Of a DNA stretch of 64,000 bases, positions 40,643 to 54,180 are shown one piece after another. The notes below the pieces were generated by a model. That model was not told the origin of the DNA and ran no database searches. It was given only the letters and a program-made list of their open reading frames with translations. The DNA lies in NCBI GenBank assembly GCA_038496445.1, contig JALMLS010000516.1:186001-250000 (forward strand), given 5' to 3'. A program made the translations under genes and the position numbers. This DNA is from Trichosphaerium sp. ATCC 40318. Lineage: Eukaryota; Protista; Tubulinea. The number at the start of each line of letters is the position of its first letter. The first letter of the stretch is position 1.

Positions 40643-43196
40643 ATGAGCGCAAGGATTATTATTACGCTTGCTACGATAGTTCTAGCCACTATTTTATCAA
40701 GTAACGGCCAAGGCATTCTAATTGATGATTTTCAAGTACGACAACCACGTACCTTTGTAAACAGCGCGGATGGCATGGGTATGAGTGTTGTTAGAAATGA
40801 CGCCCTATTTGCTGGAGAGCGAAAGGTTAGGGCTCTATTCCAAGAGGGCCCTAGTACGTTATTTTTCAGCTAAGAATCAAACTGTTATTTTGTTTAAAAG
40901 CCGGAAAATAAGAACTTATTACTGGAGATTTTCACGTGATTTTTTTTTTTTTCAAATTCTCAAAGGTCATCACTAAGAAATCATTCTTTTTTGTATTATA
41001 ACGCTACATCCATGTTTTTGAAAAGTATTATTTTATCACGTGATTTTTTTTTTCTTTCGTTTTGCAGGTGTGACGAAGATTTTTTTTGGTTCGAGCCCAA
41101 AAGCGGCGAGATCTTTCTTGTATTAAAGTAATCTGATTTTTTTTTATTACAGGTGCATTTGAGGGCGTATCATGTATCCTCACACAAGGCGTCTTCGCTA
41201 TTAGTTGTGATAACCAAATCACTGGTGGCTGTTGGGCAACATATACGGGTCCTGAAGGAGCGGATATTAGCCCACCGCGAGATTTAACAGCTTGTGGTAA
41301 GTTTCGTTTATTTCATCAAATGATATTTCACAAAAATACATATTAATACTACAGTGTGCTCTGTAACAAACGCTTAGTAATTCCTAGGCGGATGGTACTC
41401 TTTTCTAGAGTTTAGTGATAATCCAGTAAATGTCACTATAACGGCTTATACACCTATGGGACCACTAGTATCTTTCGAGATATTCGAACCTGTTACTCCT
41501 CCAGGTGAGCTTTTTTTTTTCTTTTCAACATTTTTGTACGTTATTAATCTCGCTTCAGGACGTCTTTTATGGCTTCCTTTTGTGCAACCTCTAGCTGGTT
41601 ATATGGTTGTTCAAAAAATAGATTATTCTCTCGTTGGTGGCCCGGACCTTGATAGTTCTGTAAGCCAAATATGCTGCACACCACCTGTAGCTTGCTGGTA
41701 AGTAAATCTGAAAATGATCATAATTTTTTTAATTTCAATAAATCAGGCATAACTTTACTGTGGAGTCTCAAGCTACCGAGGGATTTCTTCAAAGAGGTAT
41801 CATAATATATTATTATTATTTTGAAACTAAGTGTATCGAACAGGTGACTCAATAAGAGCAACAATCTCTTGTCAAAATTTCGGAGCTCCACCGACAAAAA
41901 CTGACTCTGAGCTCGCCCATATTACCTTCCAATCACCTCCATTTGGCGTAATTGTATCGCAATCAGTAGAGTGCGAACTGGTACAAAACTAACGGTTTTT
42001 TCAAAATGATGTCACACAACTAACAATTTACGTCAGTTTAACATGGGTAATGTTGTTGCCAATCAGTTCATGCATTCAGTAAACTTGGATGTTGGCCAAA
42101 CAGAGAGATGCTCATTTATTATTTCCTTTATTGACGGCGGATTTGCTGAGCTCCAATTCTCTATTGTCGCAGGAGGAAGTACGAGTCTATCTCATGAAGG
42201 TCAAAACAGGTAAGTGAAGAAGAAAGTAAAATTTCTTTCCGAAATCTCTTTGTTGGTGATTTTTTTTTTAAAAGGGCAGGAACATTTGATTTGTGCTCTC
42301 CAGCTTCACCTTCAGGTATTGCGGTTCGAATAGTCGGTACGAGATTCTGTGACCACTAATCAGCACTAAAATCGCTTGTTTAATGCAGATGACGGCAACT
42401 GTCCTCCATTCAACTTCACCGAGGGCATTAGTGGTACTTGGCAACTAGATAATAGCCTAAATGGTGCTGCAGCTCCACCATTGTATTGTATCCGGTTTGA
42501 CGAACTACTACCTGGCATGGCACGTGATTTTTATAAAAATGTATGTAAAATATTTAAATCTCTAATACGCTACCGTTTAGGATCCAGTAACATTTGGATG
42601 TGACGATGATAGGGCTTTCCTAAGTCTAGATGGACAAAACGATAGGTTAGTTTTTTTTTTGAAGGGTTTTTTTTTCGGCTTCGAAGTTTAATTGGTTATA
42701 TTAGGATGCGTCTGTTTGGTTATGTTTCGGGTGGAAGAGATATTGGACAAACATGGGAATTAGAAGAGGAGATGAAAATAGATGTTTGGTATACGTAAGT
42801 AGTGATGAAAGGTGTTGGTTCACTTGGTATTAAAACCTAAATTTAGAGGTATCTCCTATCCAAGTGATGGTCGCATTGAAGGATTGCGTGGTGAAGGATT
42901 TATAAGTTATCGTGGTGAAGTTTTAGAGATAAGAGGTGTCGGAAGACCATCGCTCTTTATTGAAGAAGAAATCTTGGCTAACCAAAGCAGAGCAAGAGTA
43001 GAGTACGTTGTAGTTTTTGAAAGAAAAAAATCACAAAAATTAATGCTGTCACGTTACAACTCTGTACTTATATGGTTTTTACAGGAGTTGGTTGGTTACA
43101 ACGAATGGTACTGCCGTCGGTGCTGAACGTGGAGATTGGCTAGCAAATATTGGCGATTGTATATCAGAAATGTTTAACGCAACTGCCATTTTTTAA
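40643..43196 (+). CDS. Large secreted multi-domain beta-rich protein, about 12 introns
   Basis: Signal peptide MSARIIITLATIVLATILSSNG; spliced frame stays open to ATAIF*. Confidence 0.7.
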
Positions 43197-43398
43197 ACAA
43201 AGTAAATAAAAAGTACCCAACGAGCTTTAGAAAAAAAAAACGACACTGCTAGCTCTCAGAGTCTTTTTTAGCGTTGTCATAAAAATACTTTACGATTGTA
43301 GAAAGGCAAAAGAATTAATAAATTAAGTCATAAACCAATCCTTTCTTGAATAAGTACATTCATTTTTTTTACCTTATTAGTGTATTTTTTTCTTTGTT

Positions 43399-44495
43399 TT
43401 ATATCTTTCCTTTTTGTAAAGAAGATACGACCTGCTTGGCATATGATGATAAGTACTTATACAAAGATACCCAATCGTGTGTCACTGAAAAAATTTCGGA
43501 TCTAGAGCAACAAATAAGAATAAAAGAAACAAAATACTAACATCATCAGGTCAAAAAATTGTTTGTTACGTACACAGCAAACGGAAAATAACTTGGGATT
43601 ACGCCATGAGAATACTCTAAAACATGTGTTAAACCATTATAGTTGCTGCTTAACAATACCAAGCATCCAACTTCCTCCTTTCAAGTGCATGCCTGTAGCC
43701 TCCCAAGCAAAATGTTCAATACGAGCACCAGGTTTGTGTTTTACATAATCAAGTGCTCCTTCACTCCACTATCAAAAAAAAAGATAAGTTCCTGGGCCCA
43801 CGTGATCAATCACGTGCGAATTTTTTCTAGAAAAGGTAAGGAAAAAAAACACGAACCTGGTGGAACTCTCCTTTGATCAAGAAATCATAAATGTCACCCC
43901 TTTGTTACACCAATGTTAATTAAACTCTTAATTAAAAAAAAGTGGTGAACTGTTAGTTTACCAGTATCTTCCAGAGTGTCCTGTAGTAGGTAATGGAGTA
44001 CCAAAAATGAGTATGTACTCAGTAAGGGACGCGTGGAGTAGTTTGAATGATCCCTACAGTAAGAGTTAGCGTACAGTTCCATGAAGAGAGGAAAAGGCGT
44101 TCAAATAGGGCGGATTTTGTGATTTCGCTGTTTTAGTCTCGTTTTACGCTAGAGATCGCATCGATGCTTTAATTAAGCGTAGTAAACAGTATTGTACCAT
44201 CCAAGATCCACAGTTGATGAAAACGAAGTCAAATTCGTCTGTAACCAAGTCAGGGTACTTTAAACGAAGAGTGTTAGTGATATTAGCGATTGCTTTCTCC
44301 AATGGAAGGTCTAGTGAAGAATTAGTTTCAATTAATTCTAAAAGCGTTGTAATACGCGCCTTTCGCGTCATTGGCGATCTTGTGAAGCTCTCCGGCATCA
44401 AAAAGAGGTGGTTGTGCGGATAGGTACAAAAACGCGGGAAGTAGTAGCGCAGTACATAAAATTGATGATACAAAACAGTAGTTGATGCCACACAT
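43399..44495 (-). CDS. ERG2: C-8 sterol isomerase / sigma-1 receptor family
   Basis: N-terminal [22 protein letters not shown]|[25 protein letters not shown]|W, WML|EYSHGVIP; ends LQKGKI*. Confidence 0.93.
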
Positions 44496-45933
44496 TTTTT
44501 TCGGAAAGCTAAAGGAAAACAAAGGTGGTTTTATGGGTCAAAGCAATTAGCTTCGATGTTTGATATTGCACGTGCCTTACAAATGTATTTGTTATCAAAA
44601 AAACGACGCGACTAGCAGACGTAAATAGTTGGCTAATTCTACGCAGTTTAACTACCCTCCTGAGTATCCGCTTAGACCCCCATAAGCAGTTTTTAATACA
44701 AAATATCGTACAAGGATATCTAATAAATGCGTGACCATTAGTTATCTGAATAACATCAGCACAATAAAAAGTGTAGGTTTGCCAGGCCAAGCTCAAGATT
44801 GGATAACAAGTATGAGGTGTACACAATAACTACATACGGATAAATGTGTTTTTACACGTGGTTTCGAACGTATCTAGTGAGTTTGTAGATAGTTCTTTAT
44901 TATTTTCAAACAGAAAGGCCTGGCACGATGTTACCTTTTCTAAGGTTTGCAATTACGTTTCTGTAGTATTCCCCAGTATTCATTTGTCATCATGCTATTG
45001 TTTGTGGGCCAGTAATTTTGAAATTAAGATAGCACAAGCCCAATTTACATGCAACAAGTGAAAAGTTTCCACGCTTTGTGACAGAAATCCCCTTTTTAGC
45101 TATTCAGTGCACAGAGATCTAAAATTCTTGCTTTTGATGTTTAATGAGTTAAAAAGTTAGGAAAATATAAGAAGTTTTTTACTTAGACATGTGCATAAAC
45201 ACTCGTGCGACTAGCACTTTTTTATTATTTTTTATCTTCTCGAAAACACCATTGAGCTAGATTGGACTTTTACTTCTGTACATATTAACACGTGGTTTTG
45301 GTATACATACCCTAATCACAGCTTTCCAAACCATTTCCATCTACCACAAAAAGCAGAACATTGATACAATTGTTATTCTTATCTGCGCTGCAAACCATCA
45401 TCATATCACTTTTCTGTACCCCTTTTTGGAAGTACCTTAGGAAATAACAAAGGAGTTATTGCTCTCTTGTCGTTGTTGTACAATAACTTAGCCGTGGGCT
45501 GAATAGTATCTAAAGAGTGTCCACACTTTTTGTTATCAATCTCGCAGTTGGACGCTCATCAGTTTTTTTATGGCTGCCCTACAAATCAAGGATTGGACAA
45601 CAATGGTAACATAGTGCGCTTTAGTAAACTTTATTCTTCGAACAGTTACACAATTTCTAAGAATAATTTTTTATCGATCTTCTATGTTTCAGTTCGTTTT
45701 ACTTGATGATTGTCGTCATAGATGTCACAAAAATCCATAGCCCACTGTGCAGTCACTGTTGTAAGTTGGTGAATAATGGCTGTACTTAGCATTATACTTG
45801 CTTAGCGCATTTATTCTTGGTAAAAGCTCTTTAGAAGCACTCTTTACTCATCCTTCAGATACGTGTCAGATATCATCAAGTGAGTAAAATACCAATAGGG
45901 TTTTTTGTAATCACTAATAGTAATAAGGTTATC

Positions 45934-48900
45934 ATGAAACACGTGGATACTGACCCAATGTTGGTCGATGTTGCATCCGCAACCGATATTGACACTCCTA
46001 TTGTACCTACAAAACGACAAAAAACTGTTGGAGAAGTACCTCAGACTGTTCATTTACCATACGAGATATTGTTGATGATTTTTCTACAAATACGACGCAC
46101 GGACTTGAAACGAGCAGCTTGTGTTGATGTACGTTCAAACAAATATTACGACTTATGTCAGATTCTCATTGGTACCTCCAAAGCGATTTTGGTGTGATGT
46201 TAGTCGTGACTCTAATCTCTGCTGGATTCCCTTATTCGAAAATGACTGTGGAAACATAAGAGGAACATGGCATTTAAGTTCGGCAAGCCACAAACATGAC
46301 TGGGGGGCAACAAAAATGCTGTTTGAGAGTATTCCCATCGACAAACTGAAAGTAGAACACTTTAACTTATGCATTAAGAAGTCGGCAAGCTATGAAAAGC
46401 ATAGATGCATTGTACGTACTATTTGCATATATCAATGGAACACCAATTTGTATTGTTGTGTAGGTGTCTACAGGGCAAGACAAATTTGAACTGGAAGCAT
46501 CAGGACTATTACTTCGCGATAATATTTACTCGGCTTTTGATGAGTTTACTTGGAAAACTATGCAGTCAGATCCTGGGCTTTGGCGCGTTGATATTACAGA
46601 CAAAGGCAAAAGCACAGGCGATCTTGGTCGACTTGTGAACCTAAATCTTCTCCTCAACACAACAAGGTAGTGATAAACTTTCAAAGACCTTTGTGTTAAT
46701 GACTTTTTTTTTAAAGGTTGTGTGATGTGGTTCAAAGGAAACAGGATGTTCCTGGTCTTAAGCTTATGATGGTTGTGGCCATGCAGGATATTATTAAATC
46801 CAGACTTTCCAAACCGTTCCTTAATAAATCTTCTTTCCAACAGCCGTTTATATGCATGGTACGTGTCAGCTGTTCGAAGGAAAGTAATTTTGACAATAAC
46901 GCAGGACGGTGTCAAGATACAGAAACAACCGAAACACCTTAATTTGAGGTTACACAAGTATCAAGTAAATGCTTACAGTTGGATGTTGGCTGTTGAGAGA
47001 GATAAGAACTTTCGTGGTACCTGGTTTTTTGTTGTTTTACTTTGCGTATTTAGTTAAATTATTTAATAGAGTTCAAGTTCAATACACTGCTACCTTGGCC
47101 CCGGTCTAAGACTTCGATCATGTTTGATGTTGAAAAAAAAGAAATACTTACAGCTGAGCAAATTGAAGAAAGAGGGAAAGTCAAGACTGTTACGTTTTCT
47201 GGTGGTGTATTGGCTGGTACTCTCAAGTGTTATTTTGACATTATATCATTGTATTATTGATTTAACGTTAATTAGATGACACGGGACTTGGTAAAACCGT
47301 TGAAGGTAAATATATTTCTCACTTTTTTTAAGCGCTCTCTGCCTCACTCACGTTTCTATCAGTCCTAGCATTGATTCTTGGTCATCCAAAAGAAAATCAC
47401 AAACCTTGTGTAATTAAAGACGAGAATGGTGTTTCTTTCTATTCTTCTAAAGCAACTCTTGGTAAGCTCTACATCCATACAATAACATACTAAAAGATGT
47501 TAGTATGTTGTCCAAGTCACCTTACAAAGCACTGGTGCTACGAGATTAAAAAACATTCCAAGAAAAAACTTGATGTAAAGAAGATAACTACAATTGCTCA
47601 ACTTCGTAAATGTAATGCTCTGGCGTTATCAAATGCTGGTACATTTAATAACACTGATCGCAGTTATTTTCATTCTGAATCTACTTTGACTGTAATCCTT
47701 AGATGTTGTAGTTGTATCGTATCAGTTTTTCAAGAATGACAACTATAAACGAATGCTATGGCCCGAGGTTCCTTGTGAAGGCAACTACCTCAGAGAACGT
47801 ATTGCGAAGGTTGAAAAAATGCGCAAGGCAAGCAAAAATGTATTAACGATATTTGTATCACGTATTAACTGAATCACAGTCTGAAATCACAACGGATAAT
47901 TTGGAATCAAACTCAAAGAAAACACCTATTCTCGACTACTTTATGTGGCACCGTTTAGTACTTGATGAGGTACATGTTAATTATAGTATCAATGAAGTAA
48001 CTGGAAAAAAGGGGCATGAATATATTGACAAATGGTACTTGAGAGGTACTAATGTAAATTGGGAATCGCTAATAAGAGGCAATGTCAAAACCTTACAAAT
48101 TATCTAGTGTTCTATACAAGTCTCTATTCAACGTTTAAGTGGTATGTTACTGGTATGTATTGTATAAATGTTATAGTTATGTTGTCAGTCTTAGTTTCTT
48201 TAGGCACTCTACTCCCAGACTTGTACGTATTAGTGGAAATGTGGAGAATGTAGTACAACTAATCTTTTGATAGTGTTAAATATTTAGGCAACTTCCTAAT
48301 GAAAAAGACAACATTTACTTTTAGTGAAGATACGCGTTATAATCTATCAAGTAGTATTACAATCAAGAAATCTGACTTACTTGCCCAAAGTGCTGAAATT
48401 GAAGCGCATCGTCTTGAGTATGTTGTGTATTGTTGATTGGCTACAGGTCTAAAATTATTCGATGTAAAGGAGAGGTTTTTACCCTGAATTACAAGTATAG
48501 TTTACTGGTAAAATGGAGTAAAAATCTTGGGTAAAACAACATTTTTTCAGGATTTTTACCCAATGCATTTACCCTTAAACTCAGTAAATACCAAGAGTAA
48601 ATATTGAATAAATACAGTAAATACTCACAATATTTACCAGCAAATATTCTCAGTATTTACCAGCAAATATTCTCAGTAAACGTTCAATAAATAAATCATC
48701 ACAAGTTCAGAAAATAACACAAAACACACTTTATTAAGATACAAACTACACAAATTACACAAAACACACTTCGCTAGTCCACAAAATCCTCATATGTGAA
48801 CCAAATCCATTGTAAACGTGGTTGTAGGTGAAATCGGGTCTTGCGGTCGCAATGAGCTTGGTTTCGTCAGTTTTTGTAAATTACTAAGCTTGTAGCGTAC

Positions 48901-51900
48901 GTTTTGATGAAAAACGCCTATATTGCTTGACATTTGCATCATTTTGGCGTCCGCACCAGAGACAAATCTAAAATCGATACCCAATACCTATTAAATGCCG
49001 TTTAAGGTGTTGTGGAGCGGTATGAAAATTTTTTTTGCAGAGTACGCTATGTTTTAAAAACTGCTTTGCAATAAAAGTGTATGCATTCATACCCTTGTGT
49101 GGAGAGCGTTCATCGTGTGAAATATGGGTTTGAAGGTGAAACTACCAAAACCCTCCCTATGGAGGCTTTTTAAAAATACAAATTTAGGAAAAGATGTTTT
49201 TTTAGGCGCTATAAAAGCAATAAAGCGCCAAATGCAGTTGTGAGAAAGAAAATCTTTTTTGTGAAGCTAAAAATTTACTAAAAGTGCTTGCGTACCCTTC
49301 TCTCCACCATACTGTCCTAAATAAAATTTTGGTATCCACAAATTGTGTTTTGTTTGAATACGCTCACTTTTGGAGAAAAATAGTCGTTTTTTTGTAGTTT
49401 AAGGTAGTCGTCCTTATGTGGTAATATTGTTGATGGTAAATACTGGGTAATTACTGAGTGAGAGTATTTACCCAAGTTTTACTGAAAGTAAATACTGGGT
49501 AAATACTGAGCAAGAGTATTTGCTGAGTTTTACTGAGAGTAAATACTGGGTAAGTACTGAGCAAGGGTATTTACCCAAGTTTTACTGAGGGTAAATACTG
49601 GTAATTACTGAGTGAGGGTATTTACTTAGTTTTATGTAATTTTACTGAGGGTAAATACTGGGTAAGTACCGAGTGAGGGTATTTACCCAAGTTTTACTGA
49701 GATGTAAAATTGCGAAAACTCAGTTTTTACTGGTAAAAGGCCAATTGAAGGTAAAATCAGCATTTTACTCTTTGTTTACCCCAAATAATTTTAGACCTGT
49801 ATCTAACTGTTTTTTTTCTTTACAGCTTGCTTTTATGTGATTTTATGATTAATAACTTGATTTGGAGAAACACAAAACAAACTGCAGCAGGTCTGAAAAT
49901 TATCATGGTATAATACCATATTTTATGGTATAATCACCTTTTATGGTACAAGCTCAGTATAATCCATAATTATACCATATAATTATACCATAAAATATGG
50001 TATAATACCATGTTTTTTGGACAAATGGTATAACAGCCATTATACCATGTTTATACCATATCTCAATTTATAGAATATAATTATACCATAAAACATGGTA
50101 CTATACCATGGTATTATACTGTATTTTACAGTATATTATACCATGCATTATACCATATAATTATACCATAAAACACAGTATTATACCATGGTATTATACT
50201 GTATTTTACAGTATTGTATACCGTGCATTATACCATATAATTATACCATAAAATGTGGTATTATACCGTGGTATTATACTGTATAAGTATAAGTTAGTCA
50301 AAGCTCACTTGGTCTGCACTTGATTTAATAGCATATGGACCTACACAAACGCCATACCACACAATGCTTTGACAGTAGCCGTTATTGAACATAATTGGCA
50401 TGTAAATGTGTGAAAAACAGTTTTAAGAGAGAAATCTGGTAACGCGCCCCAATTACGGGCGTTTTAGGGATAAATTGGCCAACTTTCTCCGATTAATGGT
50501 ATTTGAGGAAGAAACCACTCCGCGTACCCCATGTTAGAACGCTACAGTGGTATACACACCAAAAACGCGTTTAGCGCTCGAAAAATGCCCATTCGCAAAA
50601 AACCTCCAATTGGAGGTTTTTTTCTCCGGCTCTCATTTTTTTCTCCCCTCCATACGCATTTTTACACTCAATCAACGCCATACAGCCTCATTTACCAAAT
50701 CAAGAGCAAAATTATTTATTTTTTTTTGACATTCTTGATATATGCCCCAATGTGTGTTAAACCACGCGATTAGTGATATAAGGCAAAGTTGTTTCAGAGC
50801 CTACCCATTTTTCGAGTTTTTTGGTTTTTTTTGGATTTTTTTTGATTTTTTTGGTTTTTTTCCTACCAAACGCCCGCATTTGCCGGAACAGATAGCATTT
50901 AGGCTCTGCACCCATGCGTTGACCTTACGAGTGATATTGTAAACTAATTGGCTAAGCCAGGGCATAAAACTAAGTTTTGACCAGTTTATTGCCCACACAA
51001 CACAAGATACGCTAGAAAGTAGTTGTTTTAAAGCTGTTTGCCATAGGTTTTACAGGCTTAATAGGTGATATAAAAAAAACAAAACGTGTTAGCCGCCCAA
51101 CCAGGTACTATTCCGCTAGAACTCGTTTCCGATGAGGTTGGTAGCTATTTTCATTTCTTTGTTTTAGTCTTGGTTTGGCTTCACCGTGCAGGTCATTTGT
51201 TACTCTCAGCGCTGCCATAAAACAACAATTTTTGTACGACTATTTATTTTGTGTACAAGAAACCAAGCCGGCGCTAACTCTTCTTTTAGGTTTCATGCTA
51301 TATCCATTCAATGCACTTACAGCAAGTACGATCTGTTCTTTTAAGGTTATTTGATCACTGCAAAAAAGGACATGGGCAAAACTAAAAGTCACGGATGTAA
51401 ACAAAAAAAAGATGTATTAATAAATGTGTTTTTATTTTTAGAACAGTTTTTACACAGTATAATACACCTGGTTTTGTGGTATAATCTACCAAGTTTTAAG
51501 GTATAATATACCAGGCTTTATGGTATTATACTGTGTTTTATACCATGTTTTATGGTAGAATTATACCATATAATGCATTTTTTCAGGTGAAAAAATATGG
51601 TATAAATTCGCACTTTCTACTGTATATTTATGGTATAATTTGGCTGTTTCATGGTATAAATCCTTTGATTTATGGTATATTATACTGGAATTTGTGGTAT
51701 AAAATTGGAATCAATGGTATAATTATACCACAAATTCATGGTATCTACCATAAAAACAGCTCGAGAATTTTAGACCTGAGCTTCAGAGTTTGGCATACCT
51801 CCTTATACAGAAAAAGTTATTATCATCCCTTTGCATCCTGTTGAAAAAGCTGTATATAATTCTGCTGTAAAACTAAATAATCAGAGTATGTTGCATTTGC

Positions 51901-53423
51901 TACAAAACCAAGCGTTTTTTTGAAGTTGTTTTGCTTTATTCTTCTAAAGAAAAGATGAAAGAGTGTTGCGGAATGGAAATGAAAACAATGCACTGTTTAC
52001 TTGATGGTTGGGTTGCTTCTATATGTGTACGTTTTGATATTGCAACTATTACATAACTCACTTGTATAAGGCTGCAATCAAGTCTCATAAAAAAGACATT
52101 TCTAAAGCAAAACTCAAAATAGAGGGAGCTGTATTAAATGTTGTTGAGTATCCAGTAAAGTCAAGGAAAAAGGCAGAAAAGGCTACACAGAAGATACAGG
52201 TTTACGAGATTCATTCGCAATCAGTGGCTTACTATGACTTCCAGAAAGCCCACAAACAACTGCACATTCTTGTACCATATGAGATATTACTTAAAGATTT
52301 GGTAAATATTAACTTTTGAATCACGTGTTGTCTAAATATAGCTTCTTTTGTAGATGAAAAAAGCTATGTTGTTTGTGGAAACAAAAAAAATAGCAATTGA
52401 ATATGAATGTGATGTCAAGAATATGGACTACAATCAATTACAATCAGCACTAACAAAGCATGGTATTGAGATTAATGATGAAAGAAAGGCGAGAAGAACA
52501 CTTCGTAAAATTATTGATAGAATACTTGTTCTTGTTTTTTTTTGCCTTACTAAATATTGATGTTAGTATGAATATAGGCACAAATACAAAGGTCTCACGT
52601 TCAAAAAGATGAAACTAATGTATGTTATATATTATAGGTGTATTAACAAATGCATCTATAGGTATAGAAGCAAGGTAGCACAGCTGATTCAAATATTGAG
52701 TAAAAAATCAAATGCTGACAAAAAAGTGATTCTGTTCTCTCAACATCAAGAACTACTCAAGCAGGTCCACAAGGCTCTCTTTGAAAACAACATCTATGCT
52801 ACTATTGTTTCTGAGTATGTGTACATGGGTATTTTATACCAGTGAGTACGAACTAACACAGCATAGAGATGTATATAAACGCATGAGAGATATTGAATGG
52901 TTCCAAGACAAGACCAGAGACATCCTTAAATGTACAGTTATTCTTCTCAAGTACGTGTAGCTTGTTAATGTTGGGCAAACAAAAATACTTATCTTTTCAT
53001 GTAGTATGTCAAATGCCACACCAGCAGGAGCAAACTTGATGAATGCCGATATGGTATTTTTGTTGGGTAAGGTTTTACTTCACGCTTTTTAGCACTGAGA
53101 GCAGTTAGATCCAATATTCAATTTAGAAAAAGCTGTAGCCACAAAAGGTGAAATAACGATTTGAATTGAGATTTCTTACACTAACCCTCATAACAGCAAT
53201 TGAAAGAGCTTGTAGACTAGGTCAAAAGAAACAAGTCACTGTTTTCCACTTTAGTATGAAGGATACTATCGAGCATGTTCAGTACAACAAGATTCACAAT
53301 ACACGCATGCAACAGGGTAAGATTGATCCAGGATGGTCTAACCATTAACATTCAACATTAGAAAAGCAAGTGAAGAAGAAGGTGAGCGAAAAAGAAGAAA
53401 AGAAAAATTGTGCACACAAATAG
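45934..53423 (+). CDS. F-box + SNF2/RAD5-like helicase, interrupted by two transposons
   Basis: HLPYEILLMIF (F-box), LHKYQ, GGVLA|DDTGLGKT, LVLDE|GHE, KWYVTG, WRNTK, KVILFSQ, GANL, RACRLGQ. Confidence 0.85.
48444..49799. mobile_element. Non-autonomous TIR DNA transposon (1356 bp) inside a helicase intron, TSD TA
   Basis: Perfect 16-bp TIR CAGGTCTAAAATTATT, TA on both sides, subterminal GTAAA/TTTAC repeats. Removing it restores a normal short GT-AG intron. Confidence 0.9.
49436..49702 (+). repeat. Subterminal tandem array, 5 x about 52 bp
   Basis: Unit GTAAATACTGGGTAAnTACTGAGnnAGnGTATTTACCCAAGTTTTACTGAnn. Confidence 0.9.
49888..51778. mobile_element. Non-autonomous TIR DNA transposon (1891 bp) inside a helicase exon, TSD AG
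   Basis: Ends are CAGGTCT(G)AAAATT ... AATTTTAGACCTG with AG on both sides. Removing it restores KQTAASEFGIPP. Confidence 0.9.
49905..50285. repeat. Subterminal TATACCAT/ATGGTATA array (mirrored at about 51455-51750)
   Basis: Many copies of the motif in both orientations at both ends of the element. Confidence 0.85.
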
Positions 53424-54180
53424 TTTTGGATAGTCCCTATGATTGCCAATGATGGTAATCTAAAACGTGCTTTGTCCTATGATATTCTTGAAACAACCAA
53501 TAAGATCATATAATATTGATTATTTGATGACGTACCTCTCTGATGACATCAATAAAAATAGTTTAGAAACACTAGCAACCTTTAAAATTATAAAATATGG
53601 TTGTTCCTTATACCATGACCGGTAGCAAACTGAGTTGTAATTTGTGAAATAGATATCCACGTGAGTAATGCACATTTTCTAAAAGCAATAAGTCATAATG
53701 TATTAACCCAATTTCGGTCACCTCAAAACAAGTTCCACCCAATTTGCACCACGTGTTTCTGGTTTTTTTCAAAGAATGGACTGTAATAACATTATTTGCT
53801 ATCATTAGTTTATCCAATAAAGACTGTAAAGAGCTACAACTGACACTACCTTGAATCACTTCAAAATCTAAGCAAAATAATAACCGAGCCTTTTGTCATG
53901 GCTCATGGCGTATATTACTGGTACAATTAAGAAGAGTGTAATGCGTAGTTACTAAAAATCCATCAAAACGCAAAGGTTGTATACTTTAAGACTACGTCCA
54001 CAACAATCAAGTTAAAACTTAAGACTACGTTAGTTTTTTTACTGTAGACTTTACATTTTTATGCAAACATAACAACTATTAATATTGTACAGTGAATTGC
54101 TTTATTTACACAAAACAATCGCTATTAGTAGAATTACTATCAAAACACTTTATCATTAAGCTGCATCTTCGATCAACAAT

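Noticed and set aside
42316-42350. GGTTCGAA tRNA T-loop-like motif
   Set aside because: It does not form a cloverleaf and lies in an ordinary short intron.
48079-48107. GC donor GCAATG in the helicase
   Set aside because: An upstream GT donor near 48044 gives the same frame and better motif II-III spacing.
49436-50285. Regular repeats that superficially resemble a CRISPR array
   Set aside because: There are no unique spacers and no cas genes; these are subterminal repeats of TIR elements in a eukaryote.
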